Assembly (NCBI GenBank): GCA_000004985.1
Contig: GG738921.1
Strand: one strand, 5' to 3'
Origin: Naegleria gruberi
Lineage: Eukaryota
DNA length: 64,000 bases
Positions within the stretch are counted from its first letter, which is position 1. Each line of letters opens with the position of its first letter. Both the position numbers and the translations under genes were made by a program. Under the pieces are notes generated by a model. That model was not told the origin of the DNA and did no database searches. It saw only the letters and a list, made by a program, of their open reading frames with translations. Of this stretch, positions 1 to 12,272 are shown in pieces.

Positions 1-1654
1 AATTTTAGCCTCGTCGTATCTACCTTTTAATTCCTTAAAGGATGACTCTATTTTTGAGTAGTCTATCAGTAACTGGGTATATTGTACCTTGATACTCTCC
101 TTTTCCTTGTCATCTCCATTCTTTAAACTCAAATTTTTAAACTCCTTTTCATAATTTTGAACAAATGCTTCCAGCTCTCGTCTCTTTCTAACTTCAATGT
201 TTAACCTTTGTTCCATGTCATCGTACTCTGCTGTTAGAATAGCCATTTCCTTTAGTGTTTGTTCCACACTTTCTTGCTTAATTTTCTGCACTTGTTCTTC
301 TGTATATATCACTATTTCTGGTGGTGGTGAGGTAGACATATCCTTCCTCTCAACAATTGTGGTCTTCTCCTCAACCTTAAAGTCTGTCAAAAAATATGGA
401 TCCAAAGGAGAGAATTGAGGTGGTTGGTTACACTGTTTGTCTTTTGGTGTAGATTGCTCAATCTCCTCAAAGTTTCTGGTTTCAGTTTTTACAATTAACT
501 TTGGTGTTGCAGGTCTATCATGGAGCTCAATCTTTGGAAGATCGAAAGAGGTGTTGACTTCTGGTTCTTGAATTTTGATCATTTCGGATAAACTTGAAGG
601 TTGGTCAGAAATTGATGACGTAGAAGTAGTTGAGGAAATTGATGAATTTGATACATTTGTTTTAATATCCTCTCCTTTTTCCAATAGATATTCCAAATTT
701 GTTATTGCTGTTTTGATATCTTCATTTTCTTCTCTTTTCAGTTTCTTTAAACATTTGATGATGGTGTCTCGGTTGAAAATATCTGCCCTTTGTTTTTGAA
801 GATTGTAAACTGAAACTAAGGCTGAGCGTTTTGTTTCAATATTTCCTTGATAGGAAACGTCATCCAAATACTCCTCAAACAATCCATATGATACAATTCC
901 GATAGATCCGTTGACATTTTGAATTTCCTCAAGACAACCTCTGCAAGATGATGATATCGAGTCAATTATTGAGAAGGTTCCTTTCAATAGAGGTTTTAAC
1001 AATATAGCGTTCAATACCTCAAAATCCTCATCCAACAACCTAACAATCGATACAATTACATCACACGAAGCCTTGACGATTGAAGACCTTAAATCCGAAA
1101 GCTGCAAAACTCATTATACAACACAACATTATCCTATAACTTACCATAATCGATAATGGTTCTTGAATAGATATGGCAATTTCAAGTGCTTTTTTCTTTG
1201 ATATTGTTCCTGAAGTGAGTACATCATCCAACTCTTGCAGACAATCTAACTTTGTTGACCAATGTGTTTCCAGTGATTGGAGACTCGTTATGCAACCCCT
1301 CTCAGTCTCTGTTATATTTTCTGGTTCAATATCTATCACTCTGCTCGAATTTATATTTTGATGATTATCAAAGGCTCCGAAGCTAGCTCCCTCAATTAAA
1401 GGACTCTCCTAAAACAATTCCTTAAATACACCAAAAACATAACTTCAACTTACCGATGATTCATCCAGTGGAGAATGATCAAAAAACGACTGTGCAGTTG
1501 CACTCTGATTTCTACTTATTACAAGTAGTCTCGATTTCAATTCCTCTGATGATGAGGGCGTAGTCATGCTGACTGAGGAGGACGTTATTTTTTTGATTAA
1601 ATAATTTCGCGCCCAATTTATTGTATGTTGTTCATATTCCTGGCCGCTGTTCAT
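1..1654 (-). CDS. Multi-exon gene with its 3' end off the window; exons 1454..1654 (ATG at 1654), 1145..1408 and 1..1101; unknown helical N-terminal part, Ser/Thr-rich middle and coiled-coil C-terminal region
   Basis: Manual minus-strand translation is open through all three exons. Introns 1409..1453 (45 nt, GTAAGT...TTTTAG) and 1102..1144 (43 nt, GTAAGT...TTTGCAG) restore the frame between track ORFs 1445..1654 and 1061..1339. An in-frame TAA lies directly upstream of ATG 1654. Confidence 0.6.
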
Positions 1655-2425
1655 TTACATCAATAAGATCCATCACACAACCTCAAAAGAAGAAGTGAGA
1701 AAGGACATTGGGTTGTGATGGAGTATATTGCTTAGTAAAAGGCTTGAATTTTGATTCAACTTTCAAAATAGTAAACCTTAATGAAAATATATTTTGTAAC
1801 AACAAACCACTTGCTCACAATGAGATTGATAATAAAATCATTTCCAATAAATTAGTATTATTGCAACAAATTGACCAATTAAAGCCCATAAAAAGAAAGG
1901 GCAACATTGATAGAGAAGAACTTGAAATGTTTATTTTAATCGACCATCTGCCTTCTTCAAGAAAGGTTTCCGATTACAGTGTGGTTGACCTCATTAAAAT
2001 TTTATAAACGAAACCTCTTTGGAATTTCCCTCTTCTTTTCCCGTATGTCAGTGCACACAGTTTGACCGTTTATCGTTCGTTGTATCTTTAAAATAAAAAT
2101 TGGCGAAAGCAATCATCACTTTATATTGACAAGGAACGAGTGATTCACTAGTTGACGACAATTTGGTCAGTTCATGAACAATACTCAACAACAAAATAGC
2201 ACAAACTTTTCATTTAGTTTTATAGTGAGAGCATATTGTCAATATATTCAATTCCTCCCTCTTCAACCTTCTCAATCATCATACGCTAAGCTATGAATCA
2301 CACTTTTTCAAATAATAATATTAATAATACAAGAAGAAAATTCATCAATCATCACAATAATAGTGTAGTATTACTTTAAATTAATACTAAGAGAAAAACA
2401 AAAAACAGACATACAGAGAGAGAGA

Positions 2426-4612
2426 ATGGGACAAAATCCTTCTTCACCCTCTCAGAATAATAGCAATCATCTCGTTGCTCATAATCATCATCATCATCAA
2501 CAGCAGCAACAACAACCCCATCATCATCACCATCATCAACATCAACAGTGTGATGTCTTACCGAATTCAACTCATCTAATAGCAGACATTTCAGAGGAAG
2601 AACTTACAACAGATTCAACCTCGGCAACAACACCAACATCATCAACCATGACAGCTTCTCTCTCATCAAATCTTATATCGAGGAGAAGATCCTCTCTCCC
2701 CCATAAATTGAATGACCATAGTACAATGAGTGGAGAACATGATGAAACGAAACGATCCCTTGGTAAAGTATTCAAAAGTGCCACACATTTAAACGCTCAT
2801 GAAGATATTGAGAATTATTCATTGGGAAAACAATTGTGGGAGGTTGAAAAAGCAAGTAATAGTTGTAGTAGTGATGAGAGTCAGCAGCAGCAGCAGCAAC
2901 AAGACTCCCATCACGAGAGTCCAGCAATGATAATATGCCAGACTCCAAGAAATACGAAAATTTAAATATCAAATCGAAACGAAACAATACTCTACCACTA
3001 ACAATAACTGCTAAGGAGAATGAATCACCAGTTCATCGCTCGAATACTCATCCTCATCTTTCCTCTCGCAATTTTCAAGATCACCAACAACAACCTGTAA
3101 CATATTCCAATAATCTCAATACTCCAAATTCTGCCACCTACAAAACTTCCCAGAAATTAATCAAACTAAAGCCATTTTCTACACCAGATTTGAAAAGGAG
3201 TGCACTTTTAAATAGTAGGAACAATCAAGAGGAAGTAAGTGTATTTAATTTGATTTCTAATAGTTTCGAATAATTTCGAATAGATGAATGGAGTAGATAC
3301 AGATACTTTAACACCTACAGTGAGTGACGATATTTCATTTAATTCATCATCTGTCTATTCTCCACCACAACATGCCAATTCTTTCAGAAATAGTGTCCTC
3401 TCAACAACAAGTAGTGCCAGTGGAGGATCCAACAATAATCACAATAATAGTCTCATCAATTCTCTTTTCCCATCTCTTCCGGTTGACAGGACTAAAATGA
3501 CTGATGAGGAATTTACTGTCTACAAGGAGGTTGTCAGTAAACCAGTTTATGAAAAAATTCTGAAAAGTAAACCTCTGACAGCTAAATGTGGATTCAATGA
3601 AGAGTATATGAAAGAGTTTGCTTTTGAACTTTCTGATGAGGAAGAATTGAAAAATACCTATCTCACAACAGACTGGGTTGAAACAGCAAAACTCCTCCAA
3701 AGAACAAGAAGTATCGACGAGACCACTCTCAATCTTGACCCAAAAACTCTACTCGAACCAATAATTAATACAGTTTCTAAACGTGATTCTCTCTCCTCTA
3801 TTGAAGAGGAAGTGAAGAAAATTGTAATGGAAGAACAAGAGGTTCTCAAACAAGAAATCAAAATCAAGCTAATAATTACTGAAATTGCAAATGCACCTAC
3901 AAAAACTCTGAGACAATTTCTTTCTCCTGTTTTGCACAAGATGAATGTTCTACCAGAGATTGGTTGGTTTCACTCTGCTATTCTCGTAGGGAAGTGGAGA
4001 CTTGACTTTAATGATAGTAGTGTAGTAATACCGAGAAAGCTTGTTAGTCAGGCTGCTGTTATTACTACAGACATTGAAACAATTAGTACATTGGAGGATC
4101 TCAATAGAGTGATTGATGGCATGTCGAGATGCATTTGTAAATGGAATAGAAATATAACGTATAAACAAACTGGAGGAGATAGAATTAACACAGGGAACTG
4201 TCAGGATTTTGTGGAAGATTTGTTGGATAGTATTGGAGTTAAAATGAATCTTTCTGGAAGTATGAAGAAATTTGTAAAACGTTTGAGAAAGACAGGAAAG
4301 TGTTCCCTTGTCTTTGAAATGGATAAGAGATTCAGAGAATATTTTGGAATGGAATCTAAACGGGTGAAGTTCAAATCACACGAACAATTAGATTTGTTTG
4401 TGAGAAAATTACTTGACAAGTGTCCAAATTTTGCTCAAGAATTCAATGATGAATGGATACTCTTACAAAGTTTTGATAGAACCTACTGGTTGAAACACAT
4501 TACGTACACTCACATTGAAGAGTATAAACCATGCAAGGTCATTAGAGATAATAAGGGAGTTTCCGATTGTCCATTTCACGAACCCGAGTTCACTAACTTG
4601 CTTAAAGACTAG
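2426..4612 (+). CDS. Poly-His/Gln and Ser-rich protein with a C-terminal LRAT/HRASLS-like (NlpC/P60 superfamily) domain; 49-nt intron 3235..3283; unresolved frame switch near 2925-2940
   Basis: ORFs 2426..2965, 2935..3273 and 3284..4612. The last two join in frame through GTAAGT...AATAG. The C-terminal part has a His box (GWFHSAILVGKW) and an NCQDFV motif about 75 aa later, as in the LRAT/HRASLS NCEHFV catalytic-Cys motif. The first two ORFs overlap in different frames with no usable intron. Confidence 0.5.
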
Positions 4613-4753
4613 GCTTTGATATTTGAATCAATTTTGTAAGAAAAATTGAACAAACTCTATTGTGTTTCTTTACATAAAGAATATTAATCACGAAATACTG
4701 TTAATTATTGATCAACATTGTTAATATTATATTATTAAATAGAGAAAGAAAAA

Positions 4754-4966
4754 ATGGAACAAGACAAAACAACCAAAGACACAACAATCAACAATAACAT
4801 TGCAGAGGATGATTTTGAAGACGAGGAGATTCCTTCCGATGAATACTACGACAGAATGTATCAACAAAATGTTCATAAATATTTGAAAGAAAAGGAAGAA
4901 TTTTACAAAAAGCAACAAGACAAGTTAGCTTGTTCCGAACCACAAGAAAAAAAGATTAAAAAGTAA
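4754..4966 (+). CDS. Small acidic hypothetical protein (70 aa)
   Basis: ATG preceded by an A-rich run (aaaaaatgg); ORF with charged, lysine-rich composition and no antisense gene. Weak support. Confidence 0.3.
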   Translation: MEQDKTTKDTTINNNIAEDDFEDEEIPSDEYYDRMYQQNVHKYLKEKEEFYKKQQDKLACSEPQEKKIKK

Positions 4967-5000
4967 AGCCTTCATAGCTGCATCTCTACTATTCATCATT

Positions 5001-5609
5001 ATGAAGAAGGCTAATTACGGACTTGCAAAATGTGATTATACACATTGGATAATTATTTGTACCATTGATTGTGATTGCAAATTAACAGATAATCAAATTA
5101 AAACAGGCTTGGAACAATTCGAGAAAATTTCGATTAGTAAATGTAAAGACATTCCAATGCAAAACGGAAGGAGAAGAATTTTGCTAGATCTTGCCACAGA
5201 ACAGAATTATTATTACTTTTTAAACTTATTTACAAGGAAAAGTAATTTTAGCATGCAAGGCCTAACAATTTATTTGAGTGGACAAGGAATTGCAGACGAT
5301 ACCAATCAAGTTAAAAACCTAGTTGCCTATCTCAAAGGTAAATTGGCAACACTAAAGAGATATCAAGATAATTTTGATTTAGTTGTTTCAGAGCAGAATG
5401 ATGATTGGCAAAATAAGAAGGAAGAAAACAACATTGACGAATTTACTGAACTCTATGAAACTTTGAAAAGCTCTAACTCAAACTATGAATCCAATCTCAA
5501 GAAGGAGGTAAATACACTTCTCCACTCAATGTATCCCTCTGCTTTCACTCCTAACTCAACCACAACTCAAATAACCTGTCTCAAAACTGGAATAACACGA
5601 AAATTCTAA
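5001..5609 (+). CDS. Hypothetical protein (202 aa)
   Basis: Intact ORF in an otherwise empty interval between genes; no domain recognised by eye. Confidence 0.4.
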   Translation: MKKANYGLAKCDYTHWIIICTIDCDCKLTDNQIKTGLEQFEKISISKCKDIPMQNGRRRILLDLATEQNYYYFLNLFTRKSNFSMQGLTIYLSGQGIADDTNQVKNLVAYLKGKLATLKRYQDNFDLVVSEQNDDWQNKKEENNIDEFTELYETLKSSNSNYESNLKKEVNTLLHSMYPSAFTPNSTTTQITCLKTGITRKF

Positions 5610-5915
5610 ATGCCTCAAACTCACTCCCATCCACCTTCCACCTCAATAAGTTAAATTATTCTCAACATTAAAGAGATAATTGTAGAATTATTGCTAATCA
5701 CGTTATCGGAAAAATCAACAATTAAAATTTTATTTTAAAAAAACGAAAAAATTGTTGTCCAATAATTTGATTGGTGCGTTGCAAAGACATAACATTACAC
5801 GTAATCACCACATCATCATCATTTGTTTTTCGTTCAAACCAACGAATCTATTTTAAATTGGATTGATTTGTGGACAATCAACAATTATCTTCATCATCAT
5901 TAATTTATTCGGAAA

Positions 5916-8636
5916 ATGTCGAAAAATCCTTCACAACAACAACAACAACCAGAACACACAATTCAACTCAGTGATAAAGTTGATCAGGTTCTTGAGGAGG
6001 TGCTTCCACAGAGAGATCCTTTCGATTCGAGTTTCTTTGATCCTGTTCATTATATAAATCTTCGTTTCCCTAACGAACAAGCCTTGAATGAAGGTCTTGA
6101 ATCATCCATCATAAAAGTCAAGAAGAAGATTCAACGTGTCGATGAAGATATCCTTGTTGCTGTTCGTAAACAAAGCTCTTCTGGTGTTCAGGCAAGGAGA
6201 GACTTGGAGGAAGCAAGAGAAACCATTCAAAGTTTGTTTAAAAAGATTAACGAAATTAAGTCTAAAGCTGAACAATCCGAACAAATGGTACAAAACATCA
6301 CAAAGGATATTAAATCACTTGACTATGGTAAGAGAAATCTTACTGTTACAATGACTACATTGAAGAGACTTCACATGTTGGTGTCGGCTGTGGATAAGTT
6401 AACACTCTACACACAAAAGAAACAATACAAACAAGTTGCGGAATTATTGGAAGCTGTCAATGAGTTGTTGGCTAATTTTGAAAAGTACAAATCTAGCATT
6501 CCTAAAGTTCAAAATTTATTTATGAGATTTGAAAGTGTTAAAAAGTCACTTCGTGATCAATTGTTCCAAGATTTTAAGAGTTTGGACGCTCACAAAAATT
6601 CAGGTAGAGAAAACGTACAACAACTGTTATCAGAGGCTTGTTTGGCTGTGGATGCTCTTGGAGATTCTATTAGAACTGAACTTATTTCTCAATTTGTTAA
6701 AAATAGAGCATTGCATGTCTATGATATGACATTCAGAGAAGGAAAAGAAGAAAGTAAATTGGAAAGAATTGCAGACAGATACAAATGGCTCATGAAAGTT
6801 TTGAAATCCTATCAAGAACAATTTGGAGATATCTTCCCTAGTTTTTGGTCAGTTCCACAAGAAATTACTGTTGAATTCAGTTTAATGACTAGACAAGCTA
6901 TTGTTCAAATGCTCCAAAGAGGAAACAATGTTTCTGGTAAAACTTTATATACAGTAATCTTGTCAACAATCAAGTTTGAACGTGACATGCAAGAGAGATT
7001 TTATGATCCAGACGAATCTGAAATTTTGGTAGATCTTCAACAACAAAAGAGACAACTTGATCAAGAAGAAAAGCTCTTAAAAGAGGCAGGTCAAAAATTA
7101 CAAGAGGGTAGTCCTGAAGCCAATGACAATCTGAAAAAACAATTCAAGATTATGATCAAACGTAGAGAACTTGAAAAGGTTGAAAATGATATTACTAAAA
7201 CATCAACTCTTGATTCCTTATTGAAAGAGGGTGATGGATCAGCTAGTGGCATTAAAGAAGTTGAAAAGGCAAAGAAGAAACCAAAGAATAAGTATAACTT
7301 TATTGGTTTTATTAGTAGTTGTTTCGAGGAACATATGAGTGTATATATTGAATATGAAGAAGAGTCAATGAGAGAAACTCTTTCAAATATTATCCAAAAA
7401 GAAACTTGGGACATGAACAGCGAATACAGCAGTAGTCAAGATTTGTTCATGTACATTGTGGAATCTATGAAGTCATGCAGTGCTTTATCTAAAAAGAAGA
7501 CCCTCTATGACTTGGTTGAGAAGGTATTCAAAAAGTATCTTGCTGAGTATGCTGGCATTCTTACTAACAAATTACCAAAAATTCAATCTATTGCTTCTTT
7601 AAATTCCAACGCTCCAAATAATGCTGCATCAGGAAATTCTAGTGTTTCGTCACCTGTTGCTGGTGGTTCTGGTGCCTCCTCATTCATTCGTAGTTTGGGT
7701 ATGTCAAATATTTTACCAACAGAAACCTTCTCCGATAAGAAGATTAAGCTTACTGATAGAGAAGAAATGGTTGTATTTTACATTATTAATAGTGCTGACT
7801 ACTGTCAACAAAACATTGAAATGGTACAAGATGAATTGAAAGAAACTCTTCAAGAACCATATTGTGACCAAGTTGACCTTTCTGAAGAACAAGGTCAATT
7901 CTACCATGTTTTGAAGAGTGGTATTGAGGTTCTTGTACATAACTTGATGAATGTCATGGAAAAACAATTTTCTGAAATGATTTCTGTTGCATGGGGTAGT
8001 ATGGATACTGTCGGAGATCAATCTCCTTTCATTTCTGTTATCATGCAAACTCTCAAAGATGCTATACCATTCTTGGCTAAGGCACTTCCTATTACTCACT
8101 TTAAATTCTTCTGTGACAATTTTGTATTGTCATTTATGGCAAACTATATCAACAATATTTACAAGTGTAAGAAGATTTCACTAATGGGAGCTCAACAATT
8201 GTTGGTCAACTCTAGGTCACTTGTAAAATATAGTATTAGAGAATTAATTAATTTGGGTGATAATACAAGATTTGATGAGGATGATTTGGCAAGTTTTGCA
8301 AGGAAAGTTGATGGAAAGGCCCAAAAAATTGAATGTATTTTACGTACCTTATCTGCTCCAAATGATTTGATTGCTGAGACTTATATTAGTCTTGCTCCAA
8401 ACGACCATTCTTTACCTGAACTCACAAAGATTTTGGAATTGAAAGAATTACAAAAGAATGAAAAACAACAAATTCTTGAAGGTTATCAAAAAGAATTAAG
8501 GAAGAGACAAGGTGGAGATGCCAAAGATGCACCTCAAGCTAGTGCTATTGGTACAGCAACAAAGAAAATGGAACAAGCAACAAGTGCTATCATGACTTCA
8601 AGTAAGAGCTTTATCAAAAAGTTTACTAAGGATTAA
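5916..8636 (+). CDS. vps53: Vps53 (GARP complex subunit) homolog, single exon, 906 aa
   Basis: N-terminal DPFDSSFFDPVHYINLRFPNEQAL matches the conserved Vps53 N-terminal motif (human: DFNAVEYINALFPTEQSL). Long coiled-coil protein of the expected size, with an A-rich start context. Confidence 0.8.
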   Translation: MSKNPSQQQQQPEHTIQLSDKVDQVLEEVLPQRDPFDSSFFDPVHYINLRFPNEQALNEGLESSIIKVKKKIQRVDEDILVAVRKQSSSGVQARRDLEEARETIQSLFKKINEIKSKAEQSEQMVQNITKDIKSLDYGKRNLTVTMTTLKRLHMLVSAVDKLTLYTQKKQYKQVAELLEAVNELLANFEKYKSSIPKVQNLFMRFESVKKSLRDQLFQDFKSLDAHKNSGRENVQQLLSEACLAVDALGDSIRTELISQFVKNRALHVYDMTFREGKEESKLERIADRYKWLMKVLKSYQEQFGDIFPSFWSVPQEITVEFSLMTRQAIVQMLQRGNNVSGKTLYTVILSTIKFERDMQERFYDPDESEILVDLQQQKRQLDQEEKLLKEAGQKLQEGSPEANDNLKKQFKIMIKRRELEKVENDITKTSTLDSLLKEGDGSASGIKEVEKAKKKPKNKYNFIGFISSCFEEHMSVYIEYEEESMRETLSNIIQKETWDMNSEYSSSQDLFMYIVESMKSCSALSKKKTLYDLVEKVFKKYLAEYAGILTNKLPKIQSIASLNSNAPNNAASGNSSVSSPVAGGSGASSFIRSLGMSNILPTETFSDKKIKLTDREEMVVFYIINSADYCQQNIEMVQDELKETLQEPYCDQVDLSEEQGQFYHVLKSGIEVLVHNLMNVMEKQFSEMISVAWGSMDTVGDQSPFISVIMQTLKDAIPFLAKALPITHFKFFCDNFVLSFMANYINNIYKCKKISLMGAQQLLVNSRSLVKYSIRELINLGDNTRFDEDDLASFARKVDGKAQKIECILRTLSAPNDLIAETYISLAPNDHSLPELTKILELKELQKNEKQQILEGYQKELRKRQGGDAKDAPQASAIGTATKKMEQATSAIMTSSKSFIKKFTKD

Positions 8637-8667
8637 ACGTTTCTGTTAATATTATATTACAATTTCT

Positions 8668-9761
8668 CTATTTGTTTAACCAAGCATGTGGAGGTATTTT
8701 TCCTGATTCACGAGCATTCACATAGAGTTCCCAAGCTTTTTCAGGATTATAGTTGGCCTCTGATAGACAAATAACAGTAAACTCTCTCGTGAGACCAGAT
8801 AAGGATGAAAACTTTTGTATCAGTTCCTCTTCTGGAGAAATGTTATGGTGTTGATGATTCTGGTGGTGAATCGATGGCTGTTGTTGTGGCTGTGGACTGG
8901 AATAATCTGAATCATGATAATTCTTAGATGAATAGATACTGTTAAGGCGTTCTTCTGCCTCTTTGGATGAAAAACTTAGGTTAGAATTGTTATACGAACT
9001 ATTATACGAAATATTCGAATTATAGTATTCCTCTTCTTCCTCTTGTTCCTCTTCATGATATTCAGGTGAAGAATGTGAAACATTTTTGGAACTGCTACTA
9101 CTAGAAGGTTTAGAAGACTTAGCATGTTTTTCCTCCTGCTTTTTCTTGGATTCTCTTTTCACTTCATTTGCAAGATATAGCAATACATAATTCCTCATCT
9201 TGTCAACTTCCTCCCATTCATGACTCTTCTCTGGAATTAATTCCAATAACCTCTGAATACTATCAATATATCGATACGTATCCCTCAAAGTAAAATGATT
9301 TTGATGAGCCCACTTATTTCTACAATTCCTAGCTTCAAATAATAAATTCCTATCCGTATTAGTCAACCATCTATTTCCCGCAGCAAACGCATCATTCCAA
9401 TGTCGTTGTATAACTCCAATAATATTCTGTGTATCCCAAGCACTTGATGCTGATAAATTAACATTAAATCTCGGAGCAGATGAAGATGATCCTCTTCCAA
9501 ATGTTGTAGCACTCATATAATCACCTCCCTGATCTTGATTACTTGCTGCTTTTTCTACAATTTCCTTCCAGCCTTCTCCATACTCTTCGGACAAGGCTGT
9601 TTTCACCAGAGGTTCATAAATTCTATTAAAATACTTTAAACACCTTCCGATAATATCGTGAATCTAAAATGTAACTTCCGTTTTGATCAAAAAGAGTCTT
9701 TAATATTACATCATACCTTTTGTTGATCGAGAGTTTCATCCTTCTTGTCGTGTTTTCCCAT
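8668..9761 (-). CDS. HEPN-motif (Rx4H) domain protein with Gln/Ser/Glu-rich linker and UBA-like C-terminus; exons 9717..9761 and 8668..9663
   Basis: ATG at 9761 (exon 1 MGKHDKKDETLDQQK), intron 9664..9716 (53 nt, GTATGA...TTTTAG), then ORF 8668..9606 in frame. Core ...AAGNRWLTNTDRNLLFEARNCRNKWAHQNHF carries the RNKWAH Rx4H signature of HEPN RNase domains. Confidence 0.55.
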
Positions 9762-9834
9762 TTTTTTTAAAAATTTAAATTTAAAAATAGTATTTTAACT
9801 ATTTAATAATTATTGAAAAGATTACAATATTAAA

Positions 9835-12125
9835 TCAATAAAAAAAAAATTCTAATACTGTTTCACCATATTCGTTAAGCATTTCCAATTTAAAATCAGA
9901 ATCATTCTTTAACAAATCATCTGCAAAATATAATGCATACTCATCATATTGAGCTACCTCTTTCATGAATGACTTGTCTATTTTGAATGACACATCAATA
10001 TATTCCAATACTAAAACGTTTTGAATGACTGCTTCAATTACAATTTCCTTATCCATCTGTAATGATGAATCAAGAGAAAATAATACGAATCCATCATTTT
10101 GCAATGCAATCTTTACAATTTCTCTATCTTTTTGGAATTTTGGATCAACGTATTCCAATGCTGCTCCATCAATTTCAACCAATTGTAAAACAAAATCTCT
10201 ATCTTTCTTCCAAGATTCGTCTACATATGTCAATGCATGCACATTATTGCCTACTGCTGCTTTGATAATGTCTGGATCATTTTTGAAATCTTCACTCACA
10301 TATTCCAATGCTGTTCCCTTCTGTTTAACTGTTTCTAAAATGAATTTCTTATCATTCCTTATTAATTCATCGGCTTGTTGAATAGATGGTCGAAACTTCT
10401 TAATAACCTCTAATACAAGCTCCTTATCATTTTTATAATAATTTGGAGCTCTTGGTAAGATGGAAGCAGAATATAACTCCTCAATAAAATCATTCTGTGC
10501 AAACTCATTGATTGACTTCACTAGTGTATCTCTTGAAGTTTCGAATATTTCCTCAATGTTTTCAGTGAAATCGTTCTCACAGAAATCTAGATTGGATAGT
10601 GCTATTTGAAGAGCTTCCTCAACATGACTAAATTGTTTCATGATAAATTCTCTATTCCTTATTTTTTTCAATTCAATTCCTAGTTGTTCAATAACTTTTA
10701 AATTATTTTCAATATCATTCTTCAAAGATTCAACACAAGCCTGAAGCGATAATTTAAATCTTTCAACTGTCAATTGAATAATTTGTTCATCATGTTTAAG
10801 AGATGAATCTATTTCGAAATAGGCATTAGCATTCTGTTGAATAGCTGTTTCGATTATTTCTCTATCCTTCTTAAATGTAGCATTATTAACATAGGCAAGA
10901 GACGTTCCATCCTCTCTGACTGCTTCTAATACTATTTCTCTATCTATTTCATTAATATATTTCAATAAATATCCTTTCCTGTTAACAACTTGCATTATGA
11001 ATTGTCTATCCATTCTCAACAATTCATTATTTTCAAATGGATTGCATTTAAAATAAACATCACTAAATGAAAGGCATGCCAATATAATATCTCTATTATG
11101 AGTAAAATTATCATTAATACCTATTGGATATGATTTAAAAAAATCTGATGATAATCCATTTGTCTTGAATATTCTACTCAATATTTCACTTGCATTTGGC
11201 CTCATTTCATAATCGTCATTCAACATGGAAATTAGGATTTTGAAAAATTCAGTCCAACCTTCAATATCATCATCCAAATTAGCTTCCTTAATTATTTGTG
11301 AAATATTATTATTTTCCATGTGAATGATTAAATATTGATATATATCATCTAAATGATGTTGAATATCTAGGGATTCATTTTTTGGAAATATTACATTTAA
11401 TAATGATCTACCTAAACTCCAAATATCACTCCTGAAAGATATTAAACCTTGATTTAGGCATTCAGGTGCAATAAATCCAAAAGTCCCACATATGAAAGAA
11501 GAGGAAGAAGAACTCTCTGATAAATTTGATGGGTTTGAATCAACATCTTGAACTTTTGTAACAGTGACACCAATTCTATCAGAAGGTATTGGACATGCAT
11601 TCTCTCTAACACTTCCCAAATCTCCAATAATTGTCTCTATATGGAGAATATTATCCTCTTTTTTGGTAATTATTGTTTCTTGGAGGAATAAATTGTCTGG
11701 TTTGATATCACAATGAATTAAATTGTTATCATGAAGAGATTTTAGTCCATGACTGGTTTTAATTAGAATTTGAAGTAAATTTCCCAAATAGAGTTTAGGT
11801 TTCAAATTTCTATAATTAGACAAATTAATACCTCTATATTTGGAAATAATAATAGCTTCATTTCCATTCTTTTCAGTGATTTCATAAGTTAATATATTTG
11901 CATTGTGCATTTGTTTAGCTTTCATATTATGTTCAATTTCTCCATAATTATAAATTTAATTTTAACAACATAATGACCATTTAAATTTACATCGGTTCCA
12001 ATATATTTAGATTTGAATACAATAATACCGTCATTTCTTGCAAGTTTTAATGGTTCTTCAATTTGTAGTGCCAAGTGTTGGATGGTGATCTCCGATTTTG
12101 TGTGAATGGTTGAAATTAAACTCAT
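9835..12125 (-). CDS. Protein kinase (Ser/Thr-type catalytic loop) followed by about 8 DUF4116-type repeats; the N-lobe is split over two ORFs by a frame break near 11925-11960
   Basis: HCDIKPDNLF (catalytic loop), DLGS (DFG-like) and GTFGFIAPE (APE) motifs. The C-terminal two thirds are reiterated about 35-aa units (KDREIVLEAV.. DGTSLAYV.. and similar), typical of DUF4116. Upstream ORF 11922..12125 has N-lobe-like sequence (YVVKIK) in another frame, and no intron of plausible size reconciles the two. Confidence 0.65.
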
Positions 12126-12272
12126 TTCCTCCTCTTATTTTTTTTTAAAGTAATTTTAATTTTTGTAATTCCAAAACGTGATTTAGTTTACGACTATTCG
12201 AAAGATTACAAAATTTACTTCATGAGATTAAAAACAATATATAAATGAGAATTTGTGAAAATTAAGGTTATT

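Noticed and set aside
197-799. Plus-strand ORFs 197..418 and 575..799
   Set aside because: Antisense to the well-supported minus-strand exon 1..1101; low-complexity translation.
1708-2007. Plus-strand 99-aa ORF in the 5' intergenic region
   Set aside because: AT-rich low-complexity sequence of the kind expected by chance in this composition.
9835-9853. Possible read-through or frameshift from the kinase gene into the HEPN gene at the T9 homopolymer
   Set aside because: All three frames hit stops within 30 nt after the homopolymer. A 190-nt intron from GTATTA (9853) to the HEPN exon-2 acceptor remains conceivable but unsupported.
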